A stretch of DNA of 53,926 bases from an uncultured Verrucomicrobiota bacterium (GCA_964413865.1 CAYPUR010000003.1:1-53926), one strand, 5' to 3'; positions 1 to 7,592 are shown, counted from the first letter of the stretch. The notes: generated by a model from the sequence alone, not told the origin. Translations and numbers: made by a program.

Positions 1-53
1 GCCGGGTGCCCTCACCCGGCGTCAAGCCCCTGCACGCAAAATGAGAACTGCTG
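1..53. repeat. Repeat family A, partial copy cut by the window edge
   Basis: The reverse complement of 1-53 is identical by eye to 25896-25948 (cagcagttctcattttgcgtgcaggggcttgacgccgggtgagggcacccggc). It is close to 13494-13546. It contains the hairpin gccgggtg/cacccggc. Confidence 0.85.
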
Positions 54-99
54 GGATTTGTTTTGACCGGCGGGCGGGGCGATTGATAGCAATTGAATC

Positions 100-573
100 A
101 TGCGACACACCATTTCCGTGTTGGTCGAGAACAAGTTTGGCGTGCTGACGCGCGTGGCCGGTCTGTTTAGCGGACGCGGCTTCAACATCGACACGCTCAA
201 CGTTGCACCGACACAGGATTCGACCATGTCTCGCATGACGATCGTCACGCGGGGAAACGACGCGACGGTGGACCAGATCGTCAAGCAGCTCGAAAAGCTG
301 GTCGAGACCGTCAAGGTGCAGGACTTCCGGGAAGGCGAATTCGTCGATCGCGAGCTGGCCATGATCAAGGTGGGCGTCGACTCGAAGACGCGCGCCGAGG
401 TCATGCAGATCACCGACATCTTCAGGGCCAAGATCATCGACGTCCAGCCCAAGACGCTCACCATCGAGATCACGGGCGACGAGAGCAAGGTCGAGAAGTT
501 CATCGAGCTGATGAAGGCCTTCGGCATCCTCGAACTGACGCGGACGGGCAAGGTGGCTTTGCCCCGGAAATGA
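100..573 (+). CDS. ilvH: Acetolactate synthase small (regulatory) subunit
   Basis: ATG at 100. The 157-aa product has the ACT-domain N-terminus MRHTISVLVENKFGVLTRVAGLFSGRGFNIDTL typical of IlvH/IlvN. It lies directly upstream of ilvC. Confidence 0.9.
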   Translation: MRHTISVLVENKFGVLTRVAGLFSGRGFNIDTLNVAPTQDSTMSRMTIVTRGNDATVDQIVKQLEKLVETVKVQDFREGEFVDRELAMIKVGVDSKTRAEVMQITDIFRAKIIDVQPKTLTIEITGDESKVEKFIELMKAFGILELTRTGKVALPRK

Positions 574-763
574 GGCGGGATGGCGGGGCCGCGGGTACGG
601 CTTTCTATTTGACGCCTAGCGCCTCCTCCGGCGAACATCGGGTCTGGTTGGTTCGAATCCTGGCAACCGACACCCGGGTGGGAACAGGCGGATCGACAAA
701 GAGACAGAGACACAACCCGGTGTGGCTAAGCGAATGTCACACCACCATCACGGCATATCGACC

Positions 764-1864
764 ATGGCAACTATTGATTTCGGCGGCACACGGGAACAGG
801 TCATCACGCGCAAGGAATTCCCGATGGCCAAGGCGCGCAAGGTCCTCAAGAACGAGGTCATCGCCATCATCGGGTACGGCGTCCAGGGCCCGGCCCAATC
901 GCTCAACCTGCGCGACAACGGCTTCAATGTCATCGTCGGCCAGGCCAGCCAGTTCAAGCGCGACTGGGACCGCGCCATCCAGGACGGATGGAAACCGGGC
1001 AAGACGCTCTTCGAGATCGACGAGGCGGTCCGCCGGGCCACGATTGTCCAGTTCCTGGTCTCCGACGCCGCCCAGCGCGCCGTCTGGCCCGTCATCAAGG
1101 CCAACCTCAAACCGGGCGACGCCCTCTATTTCTCACACGGATTCTCGATTGCCTACAGGAAGCAGACCGGCGTCGTGCCTCCCGCCGACGTCGACGTCAT
1201 CATGGTCGCCCCGAAGGGATCCGGCACCTCGGTGCGCCGCAACTTCCTGACCGGCGCCGGCATCAACTCGAGCTTCGCCGTCGAGCAGGACGCCACTGGG
1301 CGCGCCGAGGAGCGCTGCCTGGCGATCGGGATCGGGATCGGATCGGGCTACCTCTTCCCCACCACGTTCGAACACGAGGTCTACAGCGACCTGACCGGCG
1401 AGCGCGGCGTGCTCATGGGCGCCCTGGCCGGCATCATGGAAGCCCAGTACGATGTGCTGCGCGCCAACGGCCACACGCCGAGCGAGGCCTTCAACGAAAC
1501 GGTCGAGGAACTGACCCAGAGCCTGATCCGGCTGGTCGACGAAAACGGCATGGACTGGATGTACTCGAACTGCTCGGCCACCGCCCAGCGGGGCGCGCTC
1601 GATTGGAAGCCGCGGTTCAGAAAGGCGGTCCTGCCGGTGTTCAAGGAGCTTTATCAGCGTGTCAAGACCGGCAAGGAATGCGCCCGAGTGCTCAAGGCGT
1701 GCGGCGCCCCCAATTACCAGGCCCAACTGCAGAAGGAACTGCGCGCCATTCGCGATTCCGAGATGTGGCAGGCCGGCGCCGCCGTGCGCGCTCTCCGGCC
1801 CAAGGAATCCGCCCGCGCCATCGCCAAAGGCACCAAGGGCATCTCGGGCCGCGCAGCCAATTGA
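764..1864 (+). CDS. ilvC: Ketol-acid reductoisomerase
   Basis: Rossmann motif VIAIIGYGVQGPAQSLNLRDNGFNV and the rest of the protein match KARI. The track start at 722 is GTG. In-frame ATGs occur at 734 and 764, and I chose 764 (MATIDFGG). Confidence 0.9.
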   Translation: MATIDFGGTREQVITRKEFPMAKARKVLKNEVIAIIGYGVQGPAQSLNLRDNGFNVIVGQASQFKRDWDRAIQDGWKPGKTLFEIDEAVRRATIVQFLVSDAAQRAVWPVIKANLKPGDALYFSHGFSIAYRKQTGVVPPADVDVIMVAPKGSGTSVRRNFLTGAGINSSFAVEQDATGRAEERCLAIGIGIGSGYLFPTTFEHEVYSDLTGERGVLMGALAGIMEAQYDVLRANGHTPSEAFNETVEELTQSLIRLVDENGMDWMYSNCSATAQRGALDWKPRFRKAVLPVFKELYQRVKTGKECARVLKACGAPNYQAQLQKELRAIRDSEMWQAGAAVRALRPKESARAIAKGTKGISGRAAN

Positions 1865-1872
1865 CACCGGTA

Positions 1873-1923
1873 CATTCCAACAAGACATTCCGTTGAGCGT
1901 TGAACGTTGAACGTTGAACGTTC
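1873..1923 (+). repeat. Left ~50-bp direct repeat of the island (includes heptamer array A, 1891-1923)
   Basis: cattccaacaagacattccgttgagcgttgaacgttgaacgttgaacgttc aligns by hand with 7543-7592 in the same orientation, with a few mismatches and one 1-nt gap. Confidence 0.8.
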
Positions 1924-1935
1924 TGAGTAAAACGT

Positions 1936-2144
1936 CGATGTTCCGGGGCGGTTGTTGCGCGGTTTGAATCGAGGGTTCAACGCTAAAACGGGGAGAGGAA
2001 ACGCTCAACGCTCAACGTTCAACGCTCAACGTTCAGAGCATGACGGCGATGTTCCGGGGCGGTTGTTGCGCCGTTTGAATCGAGGGTTCAACGCTGAAAA
2101 GGGGGAGAGGAAACGCTCAACGCTCAACCTTCAGAGTATGGCGG
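1936..2144. repeat. Two tandem units (~111 bp and ~98 bp), each ending in an inverted heptamer array (2000-2038 and 2112-2136)
   Basis: Both units begin cgatgttccggggcggttgttgcgcSgtttgaatcgagggttcaacgct...ggagaggaaacgctcaacgctcaac. Unit 2 lacks two heptamers. Confidence 0.85.
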
Positions 2145-2494
2145 CGCGCGGTGCGAAGGCTGGCGGCGAAGATGCGGATCAGTTCTTCCGTTTCGACAAG
2201 GACGTCGTCGAGCGCGGGAGGCGAGTCCACCAGAGGAACGCGCTGGGTGAGTCGCAGCCAGCGGCGAGATTCCTTCAGTTCTTTCAGACAGATGCTCAGT
2301 TTGTGGATGAAATCGTTGCGTGATTCAGCGGCTTGGGCTTCACCATGGTTCGGCAAGGCCGAAGTGCCAGAACGTAGCAACTGGCTGGCGACGTGATTTC
2401 CGGCTCGCGTTTGCGGCAGCCTCTCCGCCAGGCGTATGACCTGCGCCGCATAATCCAACAGCCGCTCTTCCAGGTCGTATTCCTTCGATGTCAT
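2117..2494 (-). CDS. Four-helix-bundle protein (23S rRNA IVS protein / Avd-like family)
   Basis: ATG at 2494, 125 aa. The segment SQLLRSGTSALPNHGEAQAAESRNDFIHKLSICLKELKESRRWLRL matches the four-helix-bundle (PF05635/TIGR02436-type) signature from memory. The last codons and stop lie inside a heptamer array. Confidence 0.85.
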   Translation of the reverse strand: MTSKEYDLEERLLDYAAQVIRLAERLPQTRAGNHVASQLLRSGTSALPNHGEAQAAESRNDFIHKLSICLKELKESRRWLRLTQRVPLVDSPPALDDVLVETEELIRIFAASLRTARRHTLKVER

Positions 2495-2550
2495 TTCTTC
2501 CTCCTTGCCGTGAACATGCCCAACCTCCGCTCCATTTTCAACCCAACCTT

Positions 2551-2622
2551 TGAGCGCTGAGCGTTAAACGTTGAGCGTTGAACGTTGAGCGCTGAGCGTT
2601 GAACGTTGAACGTTGAGCGTTC
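2551..2622 (+). repeat. Heptamer array D, ~10 units of TGARCGT
   Basis: Read directly: tgagcgc tgagcgt taaacgt tgagcgt tgaacgt tgagcgc tgagcgt tgaacgt tgaacgt tgagcgt tc. Confidence 0.9.
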
Positions 2623-2853
2623 TCGATGGATCTCGGTGCGAAGGCCGGCGCTGAAGCGCACGCACTTCAGATGGCTGAAAACTTTGATCCCGGCGACTGC
2701 CTCCGCCCCTCCCAACACCCGCATCGGCCCTGGCCGCCGCTTCCGGACAACGACAAGCCTCGCCGAAATTCCGCAAAATTCTCCGGCCGCTTCGCGGCTA
2801 AGAGAAAAGGGTAAAAGAGACAAAGAGCAAAGGATAACAACACAAGGAATCAC

Positions 2854-5800
2854 TCAGCGAACCAACCCACTCACCACCACACACCGAAACCCGAGGCACT
2901 GGTCGCGACCGTCGGGACGAACGTAGCCGCGAAACGAACACGACAGGGGCGAGGGATCGCCATCGACCCACGACCCGCCCCGCAACACGCGGAACTCCTT
3001 TCGCTTCTCGTCAGACCAGTTCGAGCACCACTCCCAGACATTGCCGCTCAGGTCCATGGCGCCGCAGTCCGCCTTGCCGCTCGGAAACAGACCCACCGCG
3101 CTCGTGTGCCCAAGGCCGGTCTGGCCGCAGTTGCAGTGCTGGGCGAAGTCGCCATCGTGCTCCGTGCCGCCCCAGGCAAAGTAGCGAGAACGGTCTTGTT
3201 TCTCCCCATCCCACTGAGCCGCCAGTTGCCACTCGTTCTCGTGGGGGAGACGGATTTCGAGGCTCCATTTCTCAGAGAGCCAACGGCAGAAGGCCACCGC
3301 CTCATACCAGCACACGCCAACGCGCGGATGGTTCGGTGTCTGAAAAACGGGGTCGTAATCCTCCGGCCCCTGCGCGTGCTGAGCCTCCCACCATTCCAGC
3401 ATCTCGGGTTCTTCCGCGGACGTCCAGGCCTTGGGGTGATGATAGCCATCCGGGGCCTTCACGAACGCCTCGAACTGCGCCACCGTGATCGGGTACTTGG
3501 CGATGAAGAACGCCCGCTTCTCCCCGTCCCGGACAAAGCCACGACCGAAATCCAGCGGCTTGTCGGCGGCTTGCTCGCCTCTGGGTCCGCACCAGACGAT
3601 GTTGGGCAGACCGTTGTCTTGCCCCACCCCTGGCGGCTGGTCCTCGAGCCATCCCCGAGCCGAAGCGGCTTCGGAGCGTTGGCCGATTTGTAGATCCCGC
3701 TGGCGGACAAGTCCATCCAATCGTTCGCGGATGACCTTGAGCTCCGCCTGGCCCTTGGCGGAGCGCTTGACGTCGTTAAGGCCGATCTCGCGAACGATCT
3801 GGCTGGCGAGCGAGGCCCGGCGCACGGAGGCAGAGTGCGAGGGTGCCGGCTCCGTGCAGAGCGAGACAGCGAGGCTACGAGCCAGGAGTGGCGAGTTGTT
3901 TTCATGGGCCTGGTAACCAGCGGCCAATCGGACCACCTCTTCCCAGTAGCCGCCGTCGTCGGTGATCAATCCAGCCGCGGACTCGAAGTCGAAGTGCTCG
4001 GCATCACAAACGTGCACGGCGGCCATGAACTCTTGGAGTTTGAAGGCCATGCCGAACTGGTGCCGGCCCTGAGCCACGAGCAGTCCCGCTCGGTGCTCGA
4101 TGAGGTGAATCACGTCTTTGGCCCAGTCCTCGCGTCTCTTAGCCGGCCACTTGTCGTGGGGTGGCAGTCCCGCCAGCGCATCGGCCAGGTCTTGTTCCGG
4201 AATGTAGATCGACGTTCCCTGGCGGTCGTCCGGAAGGCCTTTGAAGTCGCCCCGGTGGGCTCTGAACGCGAGTCTGCTCAGTTCGTTCTTGAACGCGAGA
4301 TCGCTCGTTTCGGCCTCCTTGAGCAAGTCTGGCAGGCCCTGCTTTGCCGGGCCTTGGGCGTCCCGTTCCTTGGTGGCCTCCCAGGCGAAGAGCAGCTCCT
4401 GGACGAAGAGCGCAAAGAGTTTAGCCCGTTTTTCGGGCAACTCGGCCCGGAGATGCAACTGGGCCATCAACGAGAGGAGATAGGGCGTGCGGGCCATCTC
4501 GTGTAGTTCCTCACGCTCGATGACCGCTTGGGTGAGGGAGTTCACGCGCTGAGAGGGAACATCGCGCCCCCGCGCCAGCAGTTCGGCATAGAAGCGCCCG
4601 ATGAACTCTCGAATTTTCTCGTCGTCCAGTCGTTCGATCTCAGCCTTCTGAAACCCGGGCACTTGCCACGCCTCATCCTGGTAAGAGACAGTGCGGCAAG
4701 TGACCACAAACCGGGTGCGTTCGAACGGCGGCGCGGTAAAGGCGGCCACCGTGTCGACCACGAACCGCTTCAATTCGTCCGGCACTTCGTCCAAGCCATC
4801 CAGGAAGACGATCGCCTGGCCGGCCTCGAGGGCTGCCTTTAAGGCTTGAGCCGCGCTTGGCCGGATGAGGGGAGGGAGTTGGCTCTCGATGAAATGCCAC
4901 ACGCGGTCGCCATCGACTCGGGCGAGGTTCGACTCGGGCGACTGGGCCAATTGATCGGCGAACTTCCGCAACTCGACGAAGACGGGAACCAGATGATTGA
5001 GGTCGCGGGGCCAGGCGAACTTCAACAGCTTGTCGCCACGGCGATAGCTGACTTCCAGGTGCTTCAGCCAGCCGGCAGCAGGTTCGAGGGCGTGCTGGGC
5101 CAGACAGAGGGCGAGGTGTTTCAGGAACGTCGACTTGCCCGAACCGGGCAAGCCCAGCACAGCGAGGCGCTTCTCAGTCGCCAACCGTTTGAGCATTGGC
5201 TCGGCGTCCGGCTCCAGTCTGCCACCACCCACCAAAAGATGGGGTTTGGCGTCGAGCGGGATGTAGACTTTCGCCAACCGAGGCGGCAGGCAGGGCTTGC
5301 CTGAGGAATCGGCGGTCGGCAGACAGCGCAGGCTGGCCTCCCCAATTTCGCAAAACAAGTGAGCCAGGTGGCGGCGGTAACCCTCGAGGGCCTGCGGAGA
5401 GGGTCGTGTCAAAGCTGCGGGAGACTTGGCTTGCCGTCGCCGATTCGGCTTGCGCACGCCCCCGGTTGCCTGGGGCGGCGGCGATCCCAGGAGCCAGGGG
5501 TGGCCGCGGTAGAACCGGGTGGGTTCGTTCTTGTCGGGCACCTCGATCTGGGTGGTGCCGTATTCTTCCGCCGACGCTGTTGGGAGAGCCTGCCAGGTTT
5601 GAGGGCAGATCATCGTTCCCCCGGGCGCGGCGCCAGCCCGGAGGCGGGCGGCCAGATCGGCACCGGTGGCGGCAAAGGACTTTCCATCGTCGAGGAAAGT
5701 AATCTCGCCGGAGGCGATACCGAATCGGAATAGAAAAGCCTGGTGCTCTTCGCGTCTGAGGTTCAGCCGGCGGCACTCCTCGTGCACCGCAACGGCGAAG

Positions 5801-6132
5801 CGATGCGCCTGGACCGCCTGTCGGACGGGAAAGCAGAAGCCGTCCCCGTGGTCCTGTTTCAGGTCGAGGACCGCCTCCCGGATGCGCGCCGCGCGCGCGC
5901 CGACACGCAGGACCTCAAACAACCATTCGCGAATCGATCGCTCGGCGTCGAGCGCGTCGGGCAAAAGACCCCGCAACTTCCGCTGCCGTCCGGTCGAGTC
6001 GGTGAGGTCATAGTTGATGATGAAGCCGGTGAACCGCGACGGCAGGGCGGCGGGGCTGACCGCACGAGCCGCTCTCGCCGGCTTCGGAGGGCGGCGCGAA
6101 GACAGGCCGCTGGATTTGTCATTCCGCTTCAT
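2854..6132 (-). CDS. Class III nucleotidyl cyclase-like domain + NACHT (STAND) NTPase + C-terminal FGE-sulfatase/C-type-lectin-fold domain
   Basis: Cyclase motifs are collinear: FIINYDLTDSTG, HGDGFCF, FRFGIASGEITF, ATGADLAARL (roughly nt 5503-6039). Walker A is GLPGSGKST and Walker B is IVFLDGLDEV. The C-terminal 253 aa (about 2857-3615) contain GVCWYEAVAFCRWL, NVWEWC, RVLRGGSW and GFRCV. The track start at 6222 is TTG; the first ATG is at 6132. Confidence 0.85.
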   Translation of the reverse strand: MKRNDKSSGLSSRRPPKPARAARAVSPAALPSRFTGFIINYDLTDSTGRQRKLRGLLPDALDAERSIREWLFEVLRVGARAARIREAVLDLKQDHGDGFCFPVRQAVQAHRFAVAVHEECRRLNLRREEHQAFLFRFGIASGEITFLDDGKSFAATGADLAARLRAGAAPGGTMICPQTWQALPTASAEEYGTTQIEVPDKNEPTRFYRGHPWLLGSPPPQATGGVRKPNRRRQAKSPAALTRPSPQALEGYRRHLAHLFCEIGEASLRCLPTADSSGKPCLPPRLAKVYIPLDAKPHLLVGGGRLEPDAEPMLKRLATEKRLAVLGLPGSGKSTFLKHLALCLAQHALEPAAGWLKHLEVSYRRGDKLLKFAWPRDLNHLVPVFVELRKFADQLAQSPESNLARVDGDRVWHFIESQLPPLIRPSAAQALKAALEAGQAIVFLDGLDEVPDELKRFVVDTVAAFTAPPFERTRFVVTCRTVSYQDEAWQVPGFQKAEIERLDDEKIREFIGRFYAELLARGRDVPSQRVNSLTQAVIEREELHEMARTPYLLSLMAQLHLRAELPEKRAKLFALFVQELLFAWEATKERDAQGPAKQGLPDLLKEAETSDLAFKNELSRLAFRAHRGDFKGLPDDRQGTSIYIPEQDLADALAGLPPHDKWPAKRREDWAKDVIHLIEHRAGLLVAQGRHQFGMAFKLQEFMAAVHVCDAEHFDFESAAGLITDDGGYWEEVVRLAAGYQAHENNSPLLARSLAVSLCTEPAPSHSASVRRASLASQIVREIGLNDVKRSAKGQAELKVIRERLDGLVRQRDLQIGQRSEAASARGWLEDQPPGVGQDNGLPNIVWCGPRGEQAADKPLDFGRGFVRDGEKRAFFIAKYPITVAQFEAFVKAPDGYHHPKAWTSAEEPEMLEWWEAQHAQGPEDYDPVFQTPNHPRVGVCWYEAVAFCRWLSEKWSLEIRLPHENEWQLAAQWDGEKQDRSRYFAWGGTEHDGDFAQHCNCGQTGLGHTSAVGLFPSGKADCGAMDLSGNVWEWCSNWSDEKRKEFRVLRGGSWVDGDPSPLSCSFRGYVRPDGRDQCLGFRCVVVSGLVR

Positions 6133-6291
6133 AGCGTGAGTGTGGGTGCGAGTGCGGATTGGCCGATGGGCGGGTTTGGTCGGGTGAGACTGCTCGGGTC
6201 TAGCGAGGCGCGCCTCAGACAAAAGCCAGTCCTCGTTTTCATGAGTAGTTCCCGTGTTTTCCGGCCCCTCTCTCCCGCGCCTCGCTCCTTA

Positions 6292-6361
6292 GAATCCTTG
6301 ACCCTTGAACGCAGCACAAAAACTTGACTTGTGTTTAACACGTTTCACCGGTCAAGGATTC
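6292..6361. promoter_or_regulatory. 12-bp perfect inverted repeat (gaatccttgacc / ggtcaaggattc) with a 46-nt AT-richer spacer
   Basis: The arms are 6292-6303 and 6350-6361. The right arm overlaps the stop codon of the CNB gene (6352-6354). The spacer contains the palindrome gtgtt-t-aacac (6331-6341). On the minus strand, aaggag follows the hairpin. Confidence 0.35.
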
Positions 6362-7389
6362 TCGAGATTCGGCGGCGGCTGGGCTTGGGGCTGGGTCCGT
6401 CGGCGATCGCGCAGGTCAGCTTTGAGCCGATAATGCCGCAACTCCGTTTCCAGTTGGATCAGCCGGTGCAGGATGACCGTGGTTTGCTCGACCGCCACAT
6501 GAGTGTTGGTGAACTGCGTCTCCTCGCGCAGTTTGGCCTTCTGCTCGGCCCGCACCTCGGAAACGAGAATGAGGATCGTCATGACGATGGCCTGGAGACT
6601 GACAAACATCGTAAGGCCATCGATGGTGGGCAGATCTTTCAACAGTTTGGGGCCATTGAATCCCAGCCAAACGGCCCAGAGGAGGAGGTTAGCCAGGGTG
6701 AACCAGAGCGAAGTCGAGACCTGTCTCGCCCAGTCGCAGAGGACCTGCCAGAGCGTTTTTTGGCATTCCGCCTGGGCGTCGCGGTCCTCCGGCCGGACGA
6801 GGCCGTCGCGTCGCACCGTCTTGGCCAGATGATCGGTGTGCCAGCGGAGCCGGTCGGCTACCTGGCGCAGGACCGCGAGGGCGGCGTCGGGGAATTGGCG
6901 CAACGTGTCCAGGAACGGCTCTCGAGGTACCACCAGGAGGCTGCAACCTTTGGGTGTAAAGGCTGTGGCCGTGCGCGTGCCGTTCTCGGCCAGGCAGGCC
7001 AATTCGCCGAAGAACTCGCCGGGTTCCCGTGTGTCCACCACCGCGTCCCTGGTGTTCTTCATCAACTTGTCGCGCAGGGGGTCTTTCGGCACGCTGGGGT
7101 GTGTGGGGATGATCAATTCCACACTGCCTTCGAGCACGATGAAAAACTCCTCACCCACGGAGTTGCGCTCGAAGATACTCGTCGCGGCCCCGAAGTCCCG
7201 GATGAAGACCTCCCGCGCGAGATGATCGAGGGCGGCCGTTGGAAGCTCACGAAAGAGGGTCGAGTCCTTGAGGTGGCGTTTGATCTCCGCCGGTGGAACA
7301 GGGATGCTCATCGGGAAGATTCTGAAAGAGCAATCGGACATAGGCAAGTCGCCAGTGTGGGCTGGAGAAACAGCATTGCGTCGGCCCAT
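6352..7389 (-). CDS. Cyclic-nucleotide-binding domain protein with C-terminal two-TM (DUF1003-like) module
   Basis: CNB signature FFGELACLAENGTRTATAFT. The C-terminus has two hydrophobic helices (WFTLANLLLWAVWLGF, GLTMFVSLQAIVMTILILV) followed by a charged coiled tail. In-frame ATG candidates are at 7389, 7341 and 7311. Confidence 0.8.
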   Translation of the reverse strand: MGRRNAVSPAHTGDLPMSDCSFRIFPMSIPVPPAEIKRHLKDSTLFRELPTAALDHLAREVFIRDFGAATSIFERNSVGEEFFIVLEGSVELIIPTHPSVPKDPLRDKLMKNTRDAVVDTREPGEFFGELACLAENGTRTATAFTPKGCSLLVVPREPFLDTLRQFPDAALAVLRQVADRLRWHTDHLAKTVRRDGLVRPEDRDAQAECQKTLWQVLCDWARQVSTSLWFTLANLLLWAVWLGFNGPKLLKDLPTIDGLTMFVSLQAIVMTILILVSEVRAEQKAKLREETQFTNTHVAVEQTTVILHRLIQLETELRHYRLKADLRDRRRTQPQAQPPPNLENP

Positions 7390-7542
7390 CGCCGATGCGG
7401 CGTGGAGGTTGGCGCAGTTATCACCAGATGCAGCGGGCGAGTATCAGGGTCCAACACCAGGATTTGACTCCGCCGGTCGAGGCTTTACCATACCGCCCGT
7501 GTGTCGAGGGTGTCGCGGCTCGCAGCCAACCGACACCCAGCG

Positions 7543-7592
7543 CATTCAACAAATCGTTCCGTTGAACGTTGAACGTTGAGCGTTGTACGTTC
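7543..7592 (+). repeat. Right ~50-bp direct repeat of the island (includes heptamer array E, 7559-7592)
   Basis: cattcaacaaatcgttccgttgaacgttgaacgttgagcgttgtacgttc is a direct-orientation match to 1873-1923. Confidence 0.8.

Noticed and set aside
640-670. A tRNA-like T-loop motif GGTTCGAATCC (650-660) in the ilvH-ilvC spacer
   Set aside because: The flanking pentamers (gttgg / cctgg) do not pair as a T-stem. I could not build anticodon, D or acceptor arms from the upstream sequence. It is probably chance or at most a decayed fragment.
1891-2622. Could the repeat arrays be a CRISPR locus?
   Set aside because: The period is 7 bp with no spacers, the arrays are 25-72 bp long, and no cas genes are present. 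They are microsatellite-like tandem heptamers.
2786-2798. Hairpin gccgc-ttc-gcggc downstream of the NACHT stop as an intrinsic terminator
   Set aside because: The stem is only 5 bp, and on the minus strand the U-run (aauuuu) starts several nt after the stem. This is too weak to call.
1865-2853. A DGR template repeat matching the NACHT C-terminal variable-region-like segment
   Set aside because: I read both strands of the regions flanking the four-helix-bundle gene and found no second copy of the ttgcggggcgggtcgtgg...gggtttcgg scaffold. There is also no reverse transcriptase ORF in the window. The DGR idea is kept only as a hypothesis.
6129-6341. A 70-aa minus-strand ORF in the CNB/NACHT intergenic region
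   Set aside because: It is out of frame with both neighbours, has R/S/T/L-rich composition with no recognisable features, and overlaps the likely 5' region of the NACHT gene.
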